64,000 nucleotides of DNA from Pristiophorus japonicus (GCF_044704955.1 NC_091997.1:45384001-45448000); one strand, 5' to 3'; shown: positions 1 to 13,227, counted from the first letter of the stretch. Translations and numbers: made by a program. The notes: generated by a model not told the origin, from the letters alone.

Positions 1-32
1 CCCTGTAAAAACGAGGGCTATAGTATAACCTA

Positions 33-499
33 GTGTCAGCTGTGGCTCAGTGGGTAGCACATTCGCTTGAGTCAGAAGGTTGTGGGTTCAAGACCCACTC
101 CAGGGATTTGCCCACAAATCTCGGCTGACACTCCAGTGCAGTGCTGAGGGAATGCTACACTGCCCGAGGTGCCAGCTTTCGGATGGAACGTTGAACCGAG
201 GTCCCGTCTGCTCTCTCAGGTGGACGTAAAAGATCCCATGGCAGTATTTCAAAGAAGAGCAGGGGAATTATCCCCGGTGTCCTGGTCAATATTTATCCTT
301 CAATCAACATAACAAAAAAAACAATTTATCTGGTCATTATCACATTTCTATTTGTGGGAGCTTGCTGTACACAAGTTGGCTGCCGCGTTTCCCACATTAC
401 AACAGTGACTACACTCCAAAAAAAAAGTACTTGATTGGCTGTAAGGCACTTTGAGATGTCCGGCAGTCATGAAAGTTGCGATAGAAATGCAAGTCTTTT
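33..499 (+). mobile_element. tRNA-derived SINE, DeuSINE (SacSINE1-like), near full length
   Basis: A-box-like tggctcagtggg and B-box-like ggttcaagacc; central aaagatcccatggc...ccccggtgtcctgg block resembling the Deu domain; L2-like tail ending aaatgcaagtc. Multiple copies in the window. Confidence 0.8.
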
Positions 500-509
500 A
501 CTGTCACAC

Positions 510-607
510 AGACTGAGATCAGCTAACACAGGATTTCAACATGGGGTCCTTCGGGTCTGTGCTCAGTGCCACAATGGGTGGTGATTTTACACAGTAAGCT
601 ATCGGGA
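510..607 (-). mobile_element. Head fragment of an older tRNA-like SINE family
   Basis: Reverse complement resembles fragments at about 15020-15070, 15800-15863 and 63530-63625 (caccacc..gtgg..ctgag..agacc..gaagg..gttagctgatctcag). Confidence 0.45.
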
Positions 608-949
608 GCTTATCAAAATCTTCGCTCAGATGTAGGAATGTTCACCTGAGTCGCTAGATGGAAGATGAATGGGTTCTGTAATTAGTGGAATATTTTTTTC
701 AATTCTACATTGCAGTCTTCAGTACAACACAAACTTCTCTGCTCCGGTTTGGATGAAAGACTGATTGAAGAACAATATAGGATCTTAAATTATCCCTTCT
801 CTATTACTCCAACACTGTTGAACATGAAATGAGATTTAGAGATGGCACTGGCACAGATTGAGATGCTGTGTGCCAGGGCCCGGTGCAGGTGAAGAATCAT
901 CTTGTGCTCCACACGTGGACTTCCAGCTTGCTCGTACTGTTTAATAAAA

Positions 950-1395
950 GCTCAGTGGGTAGCACACTCACCTCTGAGTCAGAAGGTTGTGGGTTCAAGT
1001 CCCACTCCAGGAACTTGAGCACATAAACCTGACACTCCAGTGCTGAGGGAATGCTGCACTGTCAGAGGTGCCATCTTTCAGATGAGACGTTGACCCGAGG
1101 CCCCGTCTGCCCCCTTGGGTGGACAGAAAAGATCCCATGGCATTATTTTGAAGAAGAGCAGGGGAGTTATCCACGGTGTCCTGGTCAATATTTATCCCTC
1201 AATCAACACAACAAAGACAGATTATCTGGTCGTCATCACATTGCTGTTTGTGGGAGCTTGCTGTGTGCAAATTGGCTGTCGCGTTTCCTACATTACAACA
1301 GTGACTACACCCCAAAAGTACTTGATTGGCTGTAAAGCGCTTTGAGATGTCCGGTGGTCGTGAAAGCCGCTATATAAATGCAAGTCTTTCTTTTC
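950..1395 (+). mobile_element. DeuSINE (SacSINE1-like) copy
   Basis: Colinear with 33-499; ends gctatataaatgcaagtctttc. Confidence 0.8.
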
Positions 1396-1757
1396 ATGTG
1401 CTCATAAAGCTGCTTTTTTTTGTCGGCCTGGGAACAACTAATGTTGGGCAGAAGGACCAATGGAATGGGAAGGGGCAAAGTGAAGTGGAAGGCGAGGAAT
1501 TGGTGAAGTAAGCAGGGTGTCTCAAGCAGTCAGCTTTTGAACCGCACTGACATTATTCATGGTGCAACTTCTCCCTCGTATTCCTCTTCGCACATGGTTG
1601 AAAGGATGGGCAGGTTATCTCCTGTTGATATTCTTGTGCAAAGTCATTTGGAACGTGGTGTTAGCACAGTCAGAGTTGAAATCGTTCCCTTTTTCTCACT
1701 TGTAAGCGGCACCTTCCCCTCCTCCTCCTTTTCCCCCTCCCCCTTTCTAGGATGTAG

Positions 1758-3897
1758 GTGTTAACTGTGGCTCAATGGGTAGCACTCTCGCCTGTGAATC
1801 AGAAGCTTGTGGATTCAAATCTCACTCCAGAGACTTGAGCACACCATCCAGGCTGACACTCCAGTGCAGTACTGAGGGAGTGCTGCACTGTCGGAGGTGC
1901 CGTCTTTCGGATGAGACATAGAAACATAGAAAATAGGTGCAGGAGTAGGCCATTTGGCCCTTCGAGCCTGCACCACCATTCAATAATATCATGGCTGATC
2001 ATTCCCTCAGTACCCCTTTCCTGCTTTCTCCATACCCCTTGATCCCCTTAGCTGTAAGGGCCGTATCTAACTCCCTCTTGAATATATCCAATGAACTGGC
2101 ATCAACAACTCTCTGCAGCAGGGAATTCCACAGATTAACAACTCTGAGTGAAGAAGTTTCTCCTCATCTCAGTCCTAAATGGCCTACCCCTTATCCTAAG
2201 ACTATGTCCCCTGGTTCTGGACTTCCCCAACATCGGGAACATTCTTCCTGCATCTAACTTGTCCAGTCCCGTCAGAATCTTATGTTTCTCTGAGATCCCC
2301 TCTCATCCTTCTAAACTCCAGTGAATAAAGGCCCAGTTGATCCAGTCCCTCCTCATATGACAGTCCAGCCATCCCTGGAATCAGTCTGGTGAACCTTCGC
2401 TGCACTCCCTCAATAGCAAGAATGTCCTTCCTCAGACTAGGAGACCAAAACTGAACACAATATTCCAGGTGAGGCCTCACTAAGGCCCTGTAAAACTGCA
2501 GTAAGACTTTTCTGCTCCTAATACTCAAATCCCCTAGCTATGAAGGCCAACATACCATTTGCCGCCTTCACCGCCTGCTGTACCTACATGCCAAACTTCA
2601 ATGACTGATTAACCATGACACCTAGGTCTCGTTGCACCTCCCCTTTTCCTAATCTGCCAGCATTCAGATAATATTCTGCCTTTGTGTTTTTGCCCCCAAA
2701 ATGGATAACCTCACATTTATCCACATTATACTGCATCTGCCATGCATTTACCCACTCGCCTAACCTGTCCAAGCCACCCTGCAGCCTCTTAGCATCCTCC
2801 TTACAGCTATCACCGCCACCCAGTTTAGTGTCGTCTGCAAACTTGGAGATATTACACTCAATTCCTTCATCTAAATCATTGATGTATATTGTAAATAGCT
2901 GGGGTCCCAGCACTGAGCCCTGCGGCACTCCACTCGTCACTGCCTGCCATTCTGAAAAGGACCTGTTTACCCCGACTCTCTGCTTCCTGACTGCCAACCA
3001 GTTCTCTATCCACGTAAGTACATTACCCCCAATACCATGTGCTTTGATTTTGCACAACAATCTCTTGTGCGGGACCTTGTCAAAAGTCTTTTGAAAGTCC
3101 AAATACACCACATCCACTGGTTCTCCCTTGTCCACTCTACTAGTTACATCCTCAGAAAAATTCCATAAGATTTGTCAAGCATGATTTCCCTTTCATAAAT
3201 CCATGCTGACTTGGACCGATTCTGTCACTGCTTTCCAAATGCGCTGCTATTTCATCCTTAATTGATTCCAACCTTTTCCCCACTACTGATGTCAGGTTAA
3301 CTGGTCTATAATTCCTTGTTTTCTCTCTCCTTCCTTTTTTTAAAAAGTGGTGTTAGATTAGCAAACCTCCAGTCCAAAGGAACTGATCCAGAGTTAATAG
3401 ACTGTTGGAAAATTATCACCAATGCATCCACTATTTCTAGGGCCATTTCCTTAAGTACTCTGGGATGCAGACCATCAGGCCACGGGGACTTATCGGCCTT
3501 CAATCCCATCAATTTCCCTAACACAATTTCTCGCCTAATAAGGATATCCTTCAGTTCCTCCTTCTCACTAGACCCACTGTCGCCTAGTACATTCGGACGG
3601 TGATTTGTGTGTTCCTTCGTGAAGACAGAACCAAAGTATTTGTTCAATTAGTCTGACGTTAAACCGAGGCCCAGTCCACCCCCTTGGGTGTACGTAAAAG
3701 ATCCCATGAGAATATTTACAAGCCCCGGTGTCCCGGCCAATATTTATCCCTCAACCAACATCACTGAAACAGATTATCTATTCGTCATCACATTGCTGTT
3801 GTGGTACCTTGCTGTGCTGCCGTATTTCTGCATTACAACAGGGACTACACTTCAAAAGTACTTCTTGGCTGTAAAGTGCTTTGGCACGTCCTGAGGT
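1758..3897 (+). mobile_element. DeuSINE split by a CR1 insertion (halves about 1758-1917 and 3655-3897)
   Basis: 5' half ends ctttcggatgagac and 3' half resumes gacgttaaaccgagg, which rebuilds the sequence seen at 1076-1100. Confidence 0.8.
1918..3655 (-). mobile_element. CR1 LINE, 5'-truncated, ORF2 reverse transcriptase region to 3' tail
   Basis: Minus-strand ORFs with VVYLDFQKTFDKVPH, GVPQGSVLGP, FADDTK and [13 protein letters not shown]; (acatagaa) tail at the left end; frameshifted. Confidence 0.92.
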
Positions 3898-5035
3898 CAT
3901 TTCTTTCTCTTTTTTTTTTCTTCTTTCATTCTACCCAGGAATGGCTTTAGCTTCTAACACTGCACGATGCAGCTCACCAACACAAACAGGCCCCATCAGC
4001 TTGTCCTTGCATCTTCATGTGCAGTCCTTTGATTTGTTTGTTTCCTCAGATTCTTGCATGTTCTCTCAAGTTATCCCAGATCCTTCTGCTTTTATCTATT
4101 TAAAAAATTTGGAAAAAATCAGCTAAGGTTTCTGCCCCCGATTACAAATATATTACCACTGTGTATGAGGATCTCTGGTGACGGGGCAAGATTTTACTTG
4201 GCCACAATGCACCCCATCGTTGAATGGCCGGTCAACATTCACTGTCCAGGTTCACAGAAGAAGAGTTCCTGCTTGGCTGTTGTGTGTGGAAGCCGAATTG
4301 CACAATGGGAGATGGAGAGTTTTGGGAGGTGGGGGGGAATTAGCGAGAGAAAGTGTGAAACTTGGCAGTTTCAGTATACAACCTTTCCCATGATTGGATG
4401 GCTGGACTTCAGTGAAACCGAATGTTCTAATTGTTGCTTCTTAGCACCAGGTAGCTGTAAACAAATTAATTTTTGTTTACATTATCATCATCTGGAGAAT
4501 CTTTGTCAGTGGCCTTATATGGGAGGAGATTTCTGTACAATTAACATTAATTGCAAGAGTATCTGCGGCTTTCCTTTTCAGTTCATACATTTTCAGTGCC
4601 TTGGCAAATTGTCAACGTCAGTCAACTATGGCCTTCAAAGTGCTAAAGTAGTGTTTGTTTTTGATTGTAGATTTTCTCTTTAATCTTTACAAGTTGATGA
4701 ATTAATAGCACTCGGCATTCTCCAGTTAACCGCGTAACTAATACCCGAGGTGGTTTATAGTAGCTCGCATTCCAAGTAGCACAGTAAGGAGAAATTCTGT
4801 GTACAATTAACTGTGTGGCAGTGTTCAATGAAACAGTTAACATTAGAAACTGTGATAGTGCTGCTTTTTCAGGAGCTCATTGACAAATTTCGGCCTCCTC
4901 CTTTTCCTCATTTAATGTTGCCCCTTCTCCTCCACTCTTTCTCTCTTCCCTCCTTCCCAATTATAACAAGAAAATGTGCAGGGTTTGCATTGTATGGTTT
5001 TTTGGGGAAACCTTTAAAGAAATTTTAATTACGTT

Positions 5036-5699
5036 GGGCCCGAATTTGGTCAAAGCCAAGTTCCGCCCGTTTTTTAACGGTCCCCAGGTGGTGCATGATT
5101 TTTTTACCGCCAGGGACACTGCTGGGGCTGAGTGAGTGGGAGAGTCATCTCGTTTTTCTTGGTGGTAGCGGGAACGGAGACCGGGGGATATGAGAGACTG
5201 GGGGGGGGGGGGCGGTGGCAAGAGAGACTAAACATTTTTATTATAGTTCATTAATAACTGAGTAAATAAGGCTTTATTAGACCATTTATAAAATAAGATC
5301 ACTCAAGTGAACACGCACACAATTTCCAGACTCTGTGGTTATATTGCTATTCAAACTGCATAATTGGCTAACACTAGAAAATACTACAATCCATTTAACA
5401 ATACATCAAACTGTGGAGAACTATAAAGATCTGTGTAATATCAAACAAACCTGTCTGCTCCGTGTCCATACCGCCTACATAAAGCACCTTCTGCAGGACG
5501 GTATGAAGTTCTGGCGGTATGTCATGAAACTTGCACTTTTGGGCGGTATGCGGGCGGGCGGTGTGCATACCTACCTCCTGGCATTATGTCACTCGTGAAT
5601 TTTCCACTGGGCGGTATCTCAGCGGTATGTACCTGTTTTTTGACGAAACTTGTGTTATTCGGCGGTAAGCGGGCGGTCGTGTCGATGAATTTCGGGCCC
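5036..5699. mobile_element. MITE-like non-autonomous DNA element (PIF/Harbinger-like TIRs)
   Basis: Left GGGCCCGAATTTGGTC and right GATGAATTTCGGGCCC (13/16 inverted match); no clean TSD. Confidence 0.65.
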
Positions 5700-6279
5700 A
5701 TGTAGTTTACAGCATGGCAACAGCCCATTCGGCCCAACTGATCTGTGCTGCTGTTTATGCTCCACGCGTGTCTCCTCCCATCCCGCTTCATCTAACCCTA
5801 TCGGCATAACCATTTAAAAATTGTGAATCTATACTCTTAAGGAGAACGCAGCTCAGCACTGCAAGACCTGGCCCATTTATCTTGTCTCCTCCCAGCTCGA
5901 AGTGCTTGCACTTCTTGAAGGCCAGCATTCTTTTGGGCCGATAGTTGGGCACCTTGCACTCCACCTTCAGCACAATCATCCTTGTGGTTTTAGCCACCTT
6001 TTTGGAATGCAGTCTTCGTCTGTCCACTGTAATCGTTCTGCTTTCTGGCGTAACGCCTCTAAATGGGTTATGACCACAGCTGCTGTTTTTATTTTCTGGT
6101 TGTGCTAACCCAATTTACCTTTTTTTAGATGTGTTTTTTTTTTTGGGGTGGTTCCAAACAGCTTGTGTAACTTTAAAAGGGGTGGTCGAGGGTTGTTCCC
6201 TACCCTTTCTAAACTCCTGTAACAATTGGCACCATTTTTACAGGGTGTTATTTCATCAGGACAAATGACTGGTGTGGCA

Positions 6280-8585
6280 TGAACATATGTACAGGAGGAG
6301 GCCATTCAGCCCCTCGAGCCTGCTCTGCCATTCATTGAGATCATGGCTGATCTGTTACCTAACTTCATATACTCGCCTTTGCCCCATATCCCTTGGTTAA
6401 CAAAAAGCTATCAATCTCAGATTTAAGAATAACAATTGATCTAGCATCAATTGCTGTTTGCGGAACAGAGTTCCAAACTTCGACCATCCTTTGTGTAGAA
6501 GTGTTTAATTTGACCCCTGAAAAGTCTGGCTCTAATTTTTGCATGTTTCCCCCCCCCCCCCCCCCCAGTCCTAGAATCCACAACCAGCGGAAATAGTTCC
6601 TCTGTCTCTCTACCCTATCTGTTCCCCTTACTGGACCCAATTTTGGCCAACCCGTTTTTTTGGCGTACTGACCCTTTACGCGCCGACTTTGTGCGCTGGA
6701 AAGGGCGCCAAAAAGCTTACTTAGTATCTTGGCCCCTCTGTCGAGTGTCCCGGGTCCTGGAGCGGCGCCCATGGTGGAGTGGGAGGGGGGCGTAGCTACA
6801 GCCCTGCAGTGAAAACACTGCCGGCAGCTGTCGCATGCGCAGTGGAGTCTGCGCGCATGTTTCTCAACCCTCGCAGCATGTCCTGTAAGCTGTCAGCAGG
6901 ACCCGATTTTCGCCGCCCCTAGCCGTGGCCAAATGGTCGCCTGCGTCTGAGTGCAGCCCAGGCTGGTAGAATCCTACCCGAGATGCCGCGGAGCATAGCC
7001 TTTCCTCTCCCTCCCTCTGGCCCCCGCCTCCCGATGTGTCTTTGCCGGCCGACCCTATCCCACGCCAAATGGCCTCCTGTACAGGTCGGCCAGTTGCCTT
7101 CTCCGGCCCAAGGTAGGATTTACTTCAAATATTTAATTGTTGATTGTTTACCTGAGTTCTTTATTTTTATTTCGTTATTTTAACTTTTATTTGGAATGTT
7201 TGGTGCTTGGGTGCAGCTCCTTACTTACTTACCTGCGCCGATTTCTTAACTGCCCGCAATGTTTTTCAGAGCTGGCCACATACGCTGACCTAAGTTGGTT
7301 TGGTGTAATTGTTAGCGGGCCAAAGTGGCATAACTGGTGTAAGTGCCTAGGAACACCCCACTTTGGGGGAAAAAAAGCTGAACTAAAAAAAAATCGTACT
7401 TAACTAAGGTACTCTGGAGCAACTTTATTGGGGAAAATGTTTTTTTTTTAAACATGTCAGAAAAAAACAACTTACTCCAAAAAAATTTATGCAAGTCATG
7501 GCCAAAATTGGGCACAATATCTTGAAAACTTCATTCAGATCACCCCTTACCCTTCTAAATTCTAGGGTATACAACGCTCATTTGTGTGATCTTAGGTTTA
7601 AATTAAAAGCATTCTGGTAAACCTACGCTGCACTCCCTCCAAGGCCAATATAGCCGCCTTAAGGTGTGGTGCCCAGACCTGCTCACAGTACTCCAGGTGT
7701 GGTCTAACCAGGGTTTTGTATAGCTACAGCATAACTTCTACCCCCTTGTATTCTAATCCTCTAGCTATAAAGGCCAGCATTCCATTAGTCTTTTTGATTA
7801 TTTTCTGTACCTGTTCATGACATTTTAATCGATGTACTTGGACCTCCACTGTTTTTAGCTTTGCATTATTGTTAAAAGTACCCTGTTCTATCCTTTTTAC
7901 GTCCAAAGTGGATGACTTCACATTTGCCTACATTGAAATCTGTTTGCCACAGTTCTGCTCATTCACCTTAATCTGTCAATATCCCTTTTGTGATTTTATG
8001 CTTCCATCTTCACTGCCTACAATTCCATCTATCTTTGAGTCATCAGCAAATTTGGATGCATGACTTTCTATGCCATCATCTAAGTCGTTAATAAATATTG
8101 TGAATAGTTGAGGCCCCAACACACATCCCTGCGGGACACCACAAGCCACCTCCAGCCAACGTTGGTACCTACCCATTATCCCTACTGCCTGTCTCTTGCC
8201 GTTCCACCAATTTCCTAACCAGGTCAATAATTTGCCCTCCATTCCATGGGATTCCACCTTAGTTAAAGTCCCATATAAGAGACTTCTGGAAGTCCAGATA
8301 AATAACATTCCCATGTCCGCTACTTTAGTCACGTCCTTAAAAAAAAATTCAATTCGGTTTGTCAGGCATAACCTACCTTTCACAAAACCATGCTTGCTCT
8401 CTGATCAACTGAACATTTTCGAGGTGTTCAGTCACCCTATCCTTAATTATAGACTCTAGCAATTTCCTGACAACAGATGTTGGCCTAACTGGTCTGCAAT
8501 TCCCTGGTTTCCCCTCTCTTGCCATTCTTAAATAGCGGAGTGACATGCGCAGTTTTCCAACCTAAAACGGTTCCTGAATCGAGAC
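6280..8585 (-). mobile_element. Older CR1 LINE fragment interrupted by a MITE
   Basis: GVPQGCVLGP and FADDSK in ORF 7976-8383; CR1 3' end near 6280-6630; sequence continues after 7515. Confidence 0.85.
6633..7515. mobile_element. MITE (PIF/Harbinger-like) nested in CR1
   Basis: Left GGACCCAATTTTGGCC and right GGCCAAAATTGGGCAC (14/16); flanks ACT/AAT (possible decayed 3-bp TSD); right portion resembles the left part of 36480-37575 in reverse orientation. Confidence 0.75.
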
Positions 8586-8649
8586 GTTCTTTGAGTTGCT
8601 ATGATTATCATCTTTGTAAGAGCTGTCCAAGATACTTTGACAATGAGTG

Positions 8650-9095
8650 GGAATGGTAGCATAGTAGTCATGTTACTGGTCTCGTAATCCAGAGTCCTGG
8701 ACTAATGATCTCCAATCCCACCACAGCAGCTGAGGAATTTAAATTCAGTTAATTAAATAAATCTGGAATAGAAAGCTAGTATCAGTAATGGTGACCATGA
8801 AACTACTGGATTGTCGTAAAAACCCATCTGATTCACTAATGTCCTTTAGGGAAGGAAATCTGCTGTCCTTACCCAGTCTGACCTATATGTGACTCCAGAT
8901 CCACACTAATGTGGTTGACTATTAACTGCCCTCCTGCAATGGCCGAGCAAGTCACTCAGTTGTAACAAGCCGCTACGAAAAACACACCACACGGGCTGCA
9001 ACAGTTCAAGAATGCGGCTCACCTTCTCCAGGGCAATTGAGGATGGGTAATAAACACTGGCCTTGTCAGCGACGCTCACATCCCAGGAACTAATG
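8650..9095 (+). mobile_element. Second tRNA-like SINE family
   Basis: tRNA-like head ggtagcatagt..gttactgg; core gggaaggaaatctgctgtccttacc; shorter second copy at about 29320-29605; tail shared with the LINE at 19680-21745. Confidence 0.7.
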
Positions 9096-9214
9096 GGGGG
9101 GAAAAAAGTTGGTGTCTGAGCAATATTTACTTGCCTTAATAATAATGCTAAAATATCGTGAAGTAATTGAGCTCTGTAGCTCCAATGTGGCGCATGTTGC
9201 CCTCTGTCTCAACT

Positions 9215-9812
9215 GGGTTAAACCTTGCTGTTCAATCCTTTGTTGCCTCTAAACTTGACTACTCCAACGCACTCCTGGCTGAACTCTTGCATTCTACCCT
9301 ATGTAAACTTAAGGTCATCCAAAACTCAGCTGCCTGTGTCCTAACTCGCACCAAGTCCCCATCACCCCTTTACTTGCCCGGCTACGTTGGCTCCCGGTTA
9401 AGCAACTCCTCAATTTCAAAATTCTAATCCTTGTTTACAAATCCGTGCAAAGCTTCACCCCTCCCTTTCTCTAATCTCCTTCAGCCTCAACCCCCCTGAG
9501 ATGTCTGCACTTCTCTCAATAATTTTGCCCTTTGAGCATCCCTGATTATAACTGCTCAACCATTGGTGGCTGTGCCTTCAGCTGCCTGGGCCCCAAACTC
9601 TGGAAATCTCCCTAAACCTCTCTACCTCTCTATCTTTCTTTCCTCCTTTAAGACTCACCTTAACACCTACCCCTTTGACCAAGCTTTTGGCCATCTGCCG
9701 TAATTTCTTTGTGTGTCGTTTGGTGTCGCTTTTTTATTGTCTTGTAACACTCCTGTGAAGCGCTTTGGGACGTTTTACTGCATTAAAGGCACTATATAAA
9801 TGCAAGTTGTTC
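9215..9812 (+). mobile_element. L2-like LINE 3' fragment
   Basis: VQSFVASKLDYSNALLA...LKVIQNSAACVLT is typical of the L2 ORF2 C-terminus; tail ggcactatataaatgcaagttgt. Confidence 0.8.
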
Positions 9813-10039
9813 ATGTGGTAGTGCAGGATGCTAGGGATTGATGGAGAATCCAGAGATGACTACTTCCAACCTAGCTCCTTTAATATTGCTACTTCTATTT
9901 GGAATGGAGAAAAGTGATTTCCACAGCTTGTGATAATTATCAATGTTATGGATCAAATAGTTTGCTCATAATTCAAAGCTGCTTAATCCAACTTTTTCGC
10001 AGGAAAAACAACTTTGCATTATCAGGAGTACCGAAAGAA

Positions 10040-10250
10040 GAATTTGCCTCCATCTAGAACTTTTCACAGCGTCAGGACATCCCAAAGTGCTTTAGTCAAT
10101 GAAATACTTTTTGCAATGTAGGGAAACTCGGCAGCCAGTTTGTGCACAGCAAGCTCCTACAAACAGCAATGAGTTAATCTCCAGATCTGTTTTTGGTGAT
10201 GTAGCTGAGGGATAAATATTGGCCAGAATTCGCCTGCTCTTCCTATGACC
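10040..10250 (-). mobile_element. DeuSINE 3' fragment, degenerate
   Basis: gcacagcaagctcctacaaacagcaatg and gagggataaatattggccag match the reverse complement of the SINE body. Confidence 0.65.
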
Positions 10251-10789
10251 TATTCCATGATTCCATATATCTTTAGTAAGGTTCATTGGGTATTGTTGCA
10301 GATTAATACAATTAGGTACATATGCTTATCTTTCCTTTCAAACAGCCCCACCCCTGATGGCCACCTCGTCCCCATACCTCTTCCCTGTTTCCTTCTCTTT
10401 TATTAATGGAGTAAAACCCAAAGCCCTTGGTGGAAAATAAGATTACATTTCACCACCAATGCGTGCACATACTCACTTTCTATAATCCAGGCGAGGAGTA
10501 TAATATAAATATACCCTTGGATTAATACCCTTTTCAGAATTGGGAAAAGAGTAATTACCACACCTCAATAAAGTGCATTTAAAATTGATAAATCTGAAGA
10601 GAGCTCTGCAATCCTCTCCCACTGCCCCTCCCCTAATGATCTAATGTGACTCATCCAGGATTCTTTACCTTGGTTCAAGACCATTCTCAAATATGTGCTG
10701 GGATTCCATGCCTGGTCCATACCTCCAGTAGGTGTCCTGGCTTGAGGGCAGGAGACCAAAGGCCTGCTCAGTTAGATTTTAAGGAGCGT

Positions 10790-11570
10790 CTTTACATTGG
10801 ATTACACATGATATACAGCACAGAAATAGGCCATTCGGCCCAACCAGTCCATGCCAGCATTTGTGCTCCATTTGAGCCGCCTTCGGTCAGTCTTCATGTA
10901 AATCTATCGCCATGACCCTTCTCCCTCATGCTTATCTCGCCTTCCTATAATTGCATCTATATGATTCACTTCAACCACTCACTGTGGTAGCGAGTTCCAC
11001 ACTCTCGAGGTAAAGAGGTTTGTTCTGAATTCCCTATTTGATCTCTTGGTTACTCTTATATTGATGGCCTCTAGTTTTATTGTTCCCCATAGTGGAAACT
11101 CTCCATGTCTACTCTATGAAAACCTTTCATAATTTTAAAGACCTCTATTAGGTCACCCCTCAACCTTTTTTTTTTTAAAAAAGAGAAAAGTGACCCAGCC
11201 TGCTCATCCTTTCCTGATGAGTATAATCTCTTAGTTCTGGTATCATCCTTGTAAATCTTTTTTGTGCCCTCTCCCATGCCTCTAATCTTTTTTACAACAT
11301 GGTGACCAGAATTGTACACAGTACTCCGTGTGGTCAAACCAAGGTTTGATACAAGTTTAGTATAACTTTCCTCTAGAAATAAACCCTGGTGCTTGGTTTA
11401 CTTTTTTTATGGCCTTATCAATCTGCATCGTTGTTTAAGTGATTTGGGTATTTGTACTCCGAGATCTCAATGCTCTTCTACCCTATTTACACTTTTATTT
11501 TCCAGGTAATATATGATGACTTTCTTACCGAAATGTAATGCCTCACATTTATCTGTGTTGAAATCCATCC
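10790..11570 (-). mobile_element. CR1 3' fragment
   Basis: RRLRGDLIEVFKIMKG motif; CR1-type 3' end aggccattcggccc. Confidence 0.8.
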
Positions 11571-11830
11571 TTCAAGGAGGAGAGCGAGGCAGAGAGGTTT
11601 AGGGAGGGAATTCCAGAGCTTGGGGCCTAGGCAACTGAAGCCACAGCCGCTAGTCATGGATCCAAGGAAACTGGAGATGCGCATGAGGCAGAATTAGAGG
11701 AGGGTTATGGGGCTGGGAGAGATGGGGAGGGAGAGTCCTTGGAAAGATTTGAAAACCAGGATGAGTATTTTAAAATTGAGGTGTTGCCGACCGGGAGCCA
11801 ATGTATGTTGGCGAGCATGGGGGTGATGGG
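11571..11830 (-). mobile_element. L2-like fragment
   Basis: FSCLGPKLWNSLP motif; matches the other L2 copies in the window. Confidence 0.7.
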
Positions 11831-11834
11831 TGGT

Positions 11835-13227
11835 GTATAAGAATCAACCCTTGTACATGGCCGTCTTTGACCTCATAAAGGCCTTTGACATTGTCAACCG
11901 CGAGGGACTATGGAGCCTCCATTTCGGCTGCCCCCAAAAGTTTGTCACCATCCTCCGCCTGCTCACCAATGACCTGCAAGCTGTGATCCTGACCAACAGA
12001 TCACCACAGACCTAATCCATGTCCGGACTGGGGTCAAGCAGGCTGCGTCAACGCACCAACACTTTTCTCGATCTTCCTTGTTACAGTGCTCCATCTCACT
12101 CTCAAGCTCCCTGCTGGAGTGGAAGTAAACGATAGAACCAATGGGAACAGGTTCAACCTTCGCTGCCTCCAGGCTAGATCCAAGGTTGTCCCATCCTCTG
12201 TCATTGAACTACAGTACGCGGAAGACACTTATGTCTGCGCACAGTGAGGCCAAACTCCAAGCCATCATCAATACCTTCACCGAGGTGTATGAAAGCATCG
12301 GCCTTGCGCTAATCATCTGTAAGACACAGGTCCTCCACCAAACTGACCTCGCCACACACCACTGCCCGCACCCCCCCCCCCCCCCCCCCCAGGTCATCAA
12401 AATCCATGGCACGGCCTTGAACAAAGTGGACCATTCCCCATACCTCTGGAGCCTACTATCAGCAAGGGCAGACAGAGACGACGAGGTCCAACACTGCCTC
12501 CAGTGTGCCAATGCCGCCTTCGGTCACCTGAGGAAGAGAGTGTTTGATGACCAGGACCTCACATCTGGCACCAAGCTCATGGTCTACAGGGCAGTAGTGA
12601 TACCCGCTCTCCTATATGGCTGAGACGTGGACCATATACAGCAGACATCTTAAAGCACTGGAGAAGTACTACCAACGCTGCCTCTGCAAGATCCTGCAAA
12701 TCCACTGCGAGGATAGATGCACCAACGTCCGTGTTCTTGATCAGGCCAGCATCGAAGCACTGACCACTCTCAACCAGCTTCGCTGGGCGGGCCACATTTT
12801 CCGTATGCCCAACACGAGATTCCCAAAGGAAGCACTCTACTCGGGATTTTGACACCGCAAGCGAGCCCCAGGTGGACAGAGGAAACATTTCAAGGACACC
12901 CTCAAAGCCTCCTTGATAAAATGCAACAACCCCACCGGCACCTGGGACATTCTGGCCCAAGACCACCCAAAGTGGAGGAAGAGCATCCGGGAGGGCGCTG
13001 AGCACCTCGCGTCTTGTCGCCGAGAGCATGCAAAAAAACAAGCACAGGCAGCGGAAGGAGCATGCGGCAAACCATATTCCCCACCCACCCTTTCCTCCAA
13101 CAACTGTCTGCCCCACCTGTGACCGAGACTGTAATTCTTACATTGGACTGTTCAGTCACCCAAGAACTCATTTTGAGTGGAAGCTAGTCTTCCTCGATTC
13201 CGAGGGACTGCCGATGATGATGATGAT
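11835..13227 (+). mobile_element. RTE-clade LINE, 5'-truncated and frameshifted
   Basis: FDLIKAFDIVNREGLW, FGCPQKFV, TKLMVYRAVVIPALLYG and QLRWAGH motifs; (GAT)n tail. Confidence 0.88.

Noticed and set aside
33-110. tRNA gene
   Set aside because: The A and B boxes belong to a SINE head that continues into a repeated SINE body; I see no complete cloverleaf.
2584-3135. RT ORFs as a retron, DGR or other prokaryotic RT system
   Set aside because: The motifs and 3' tails are those of vertebrate non-LTR retrotransposons, and the context is spliceosomal introns.
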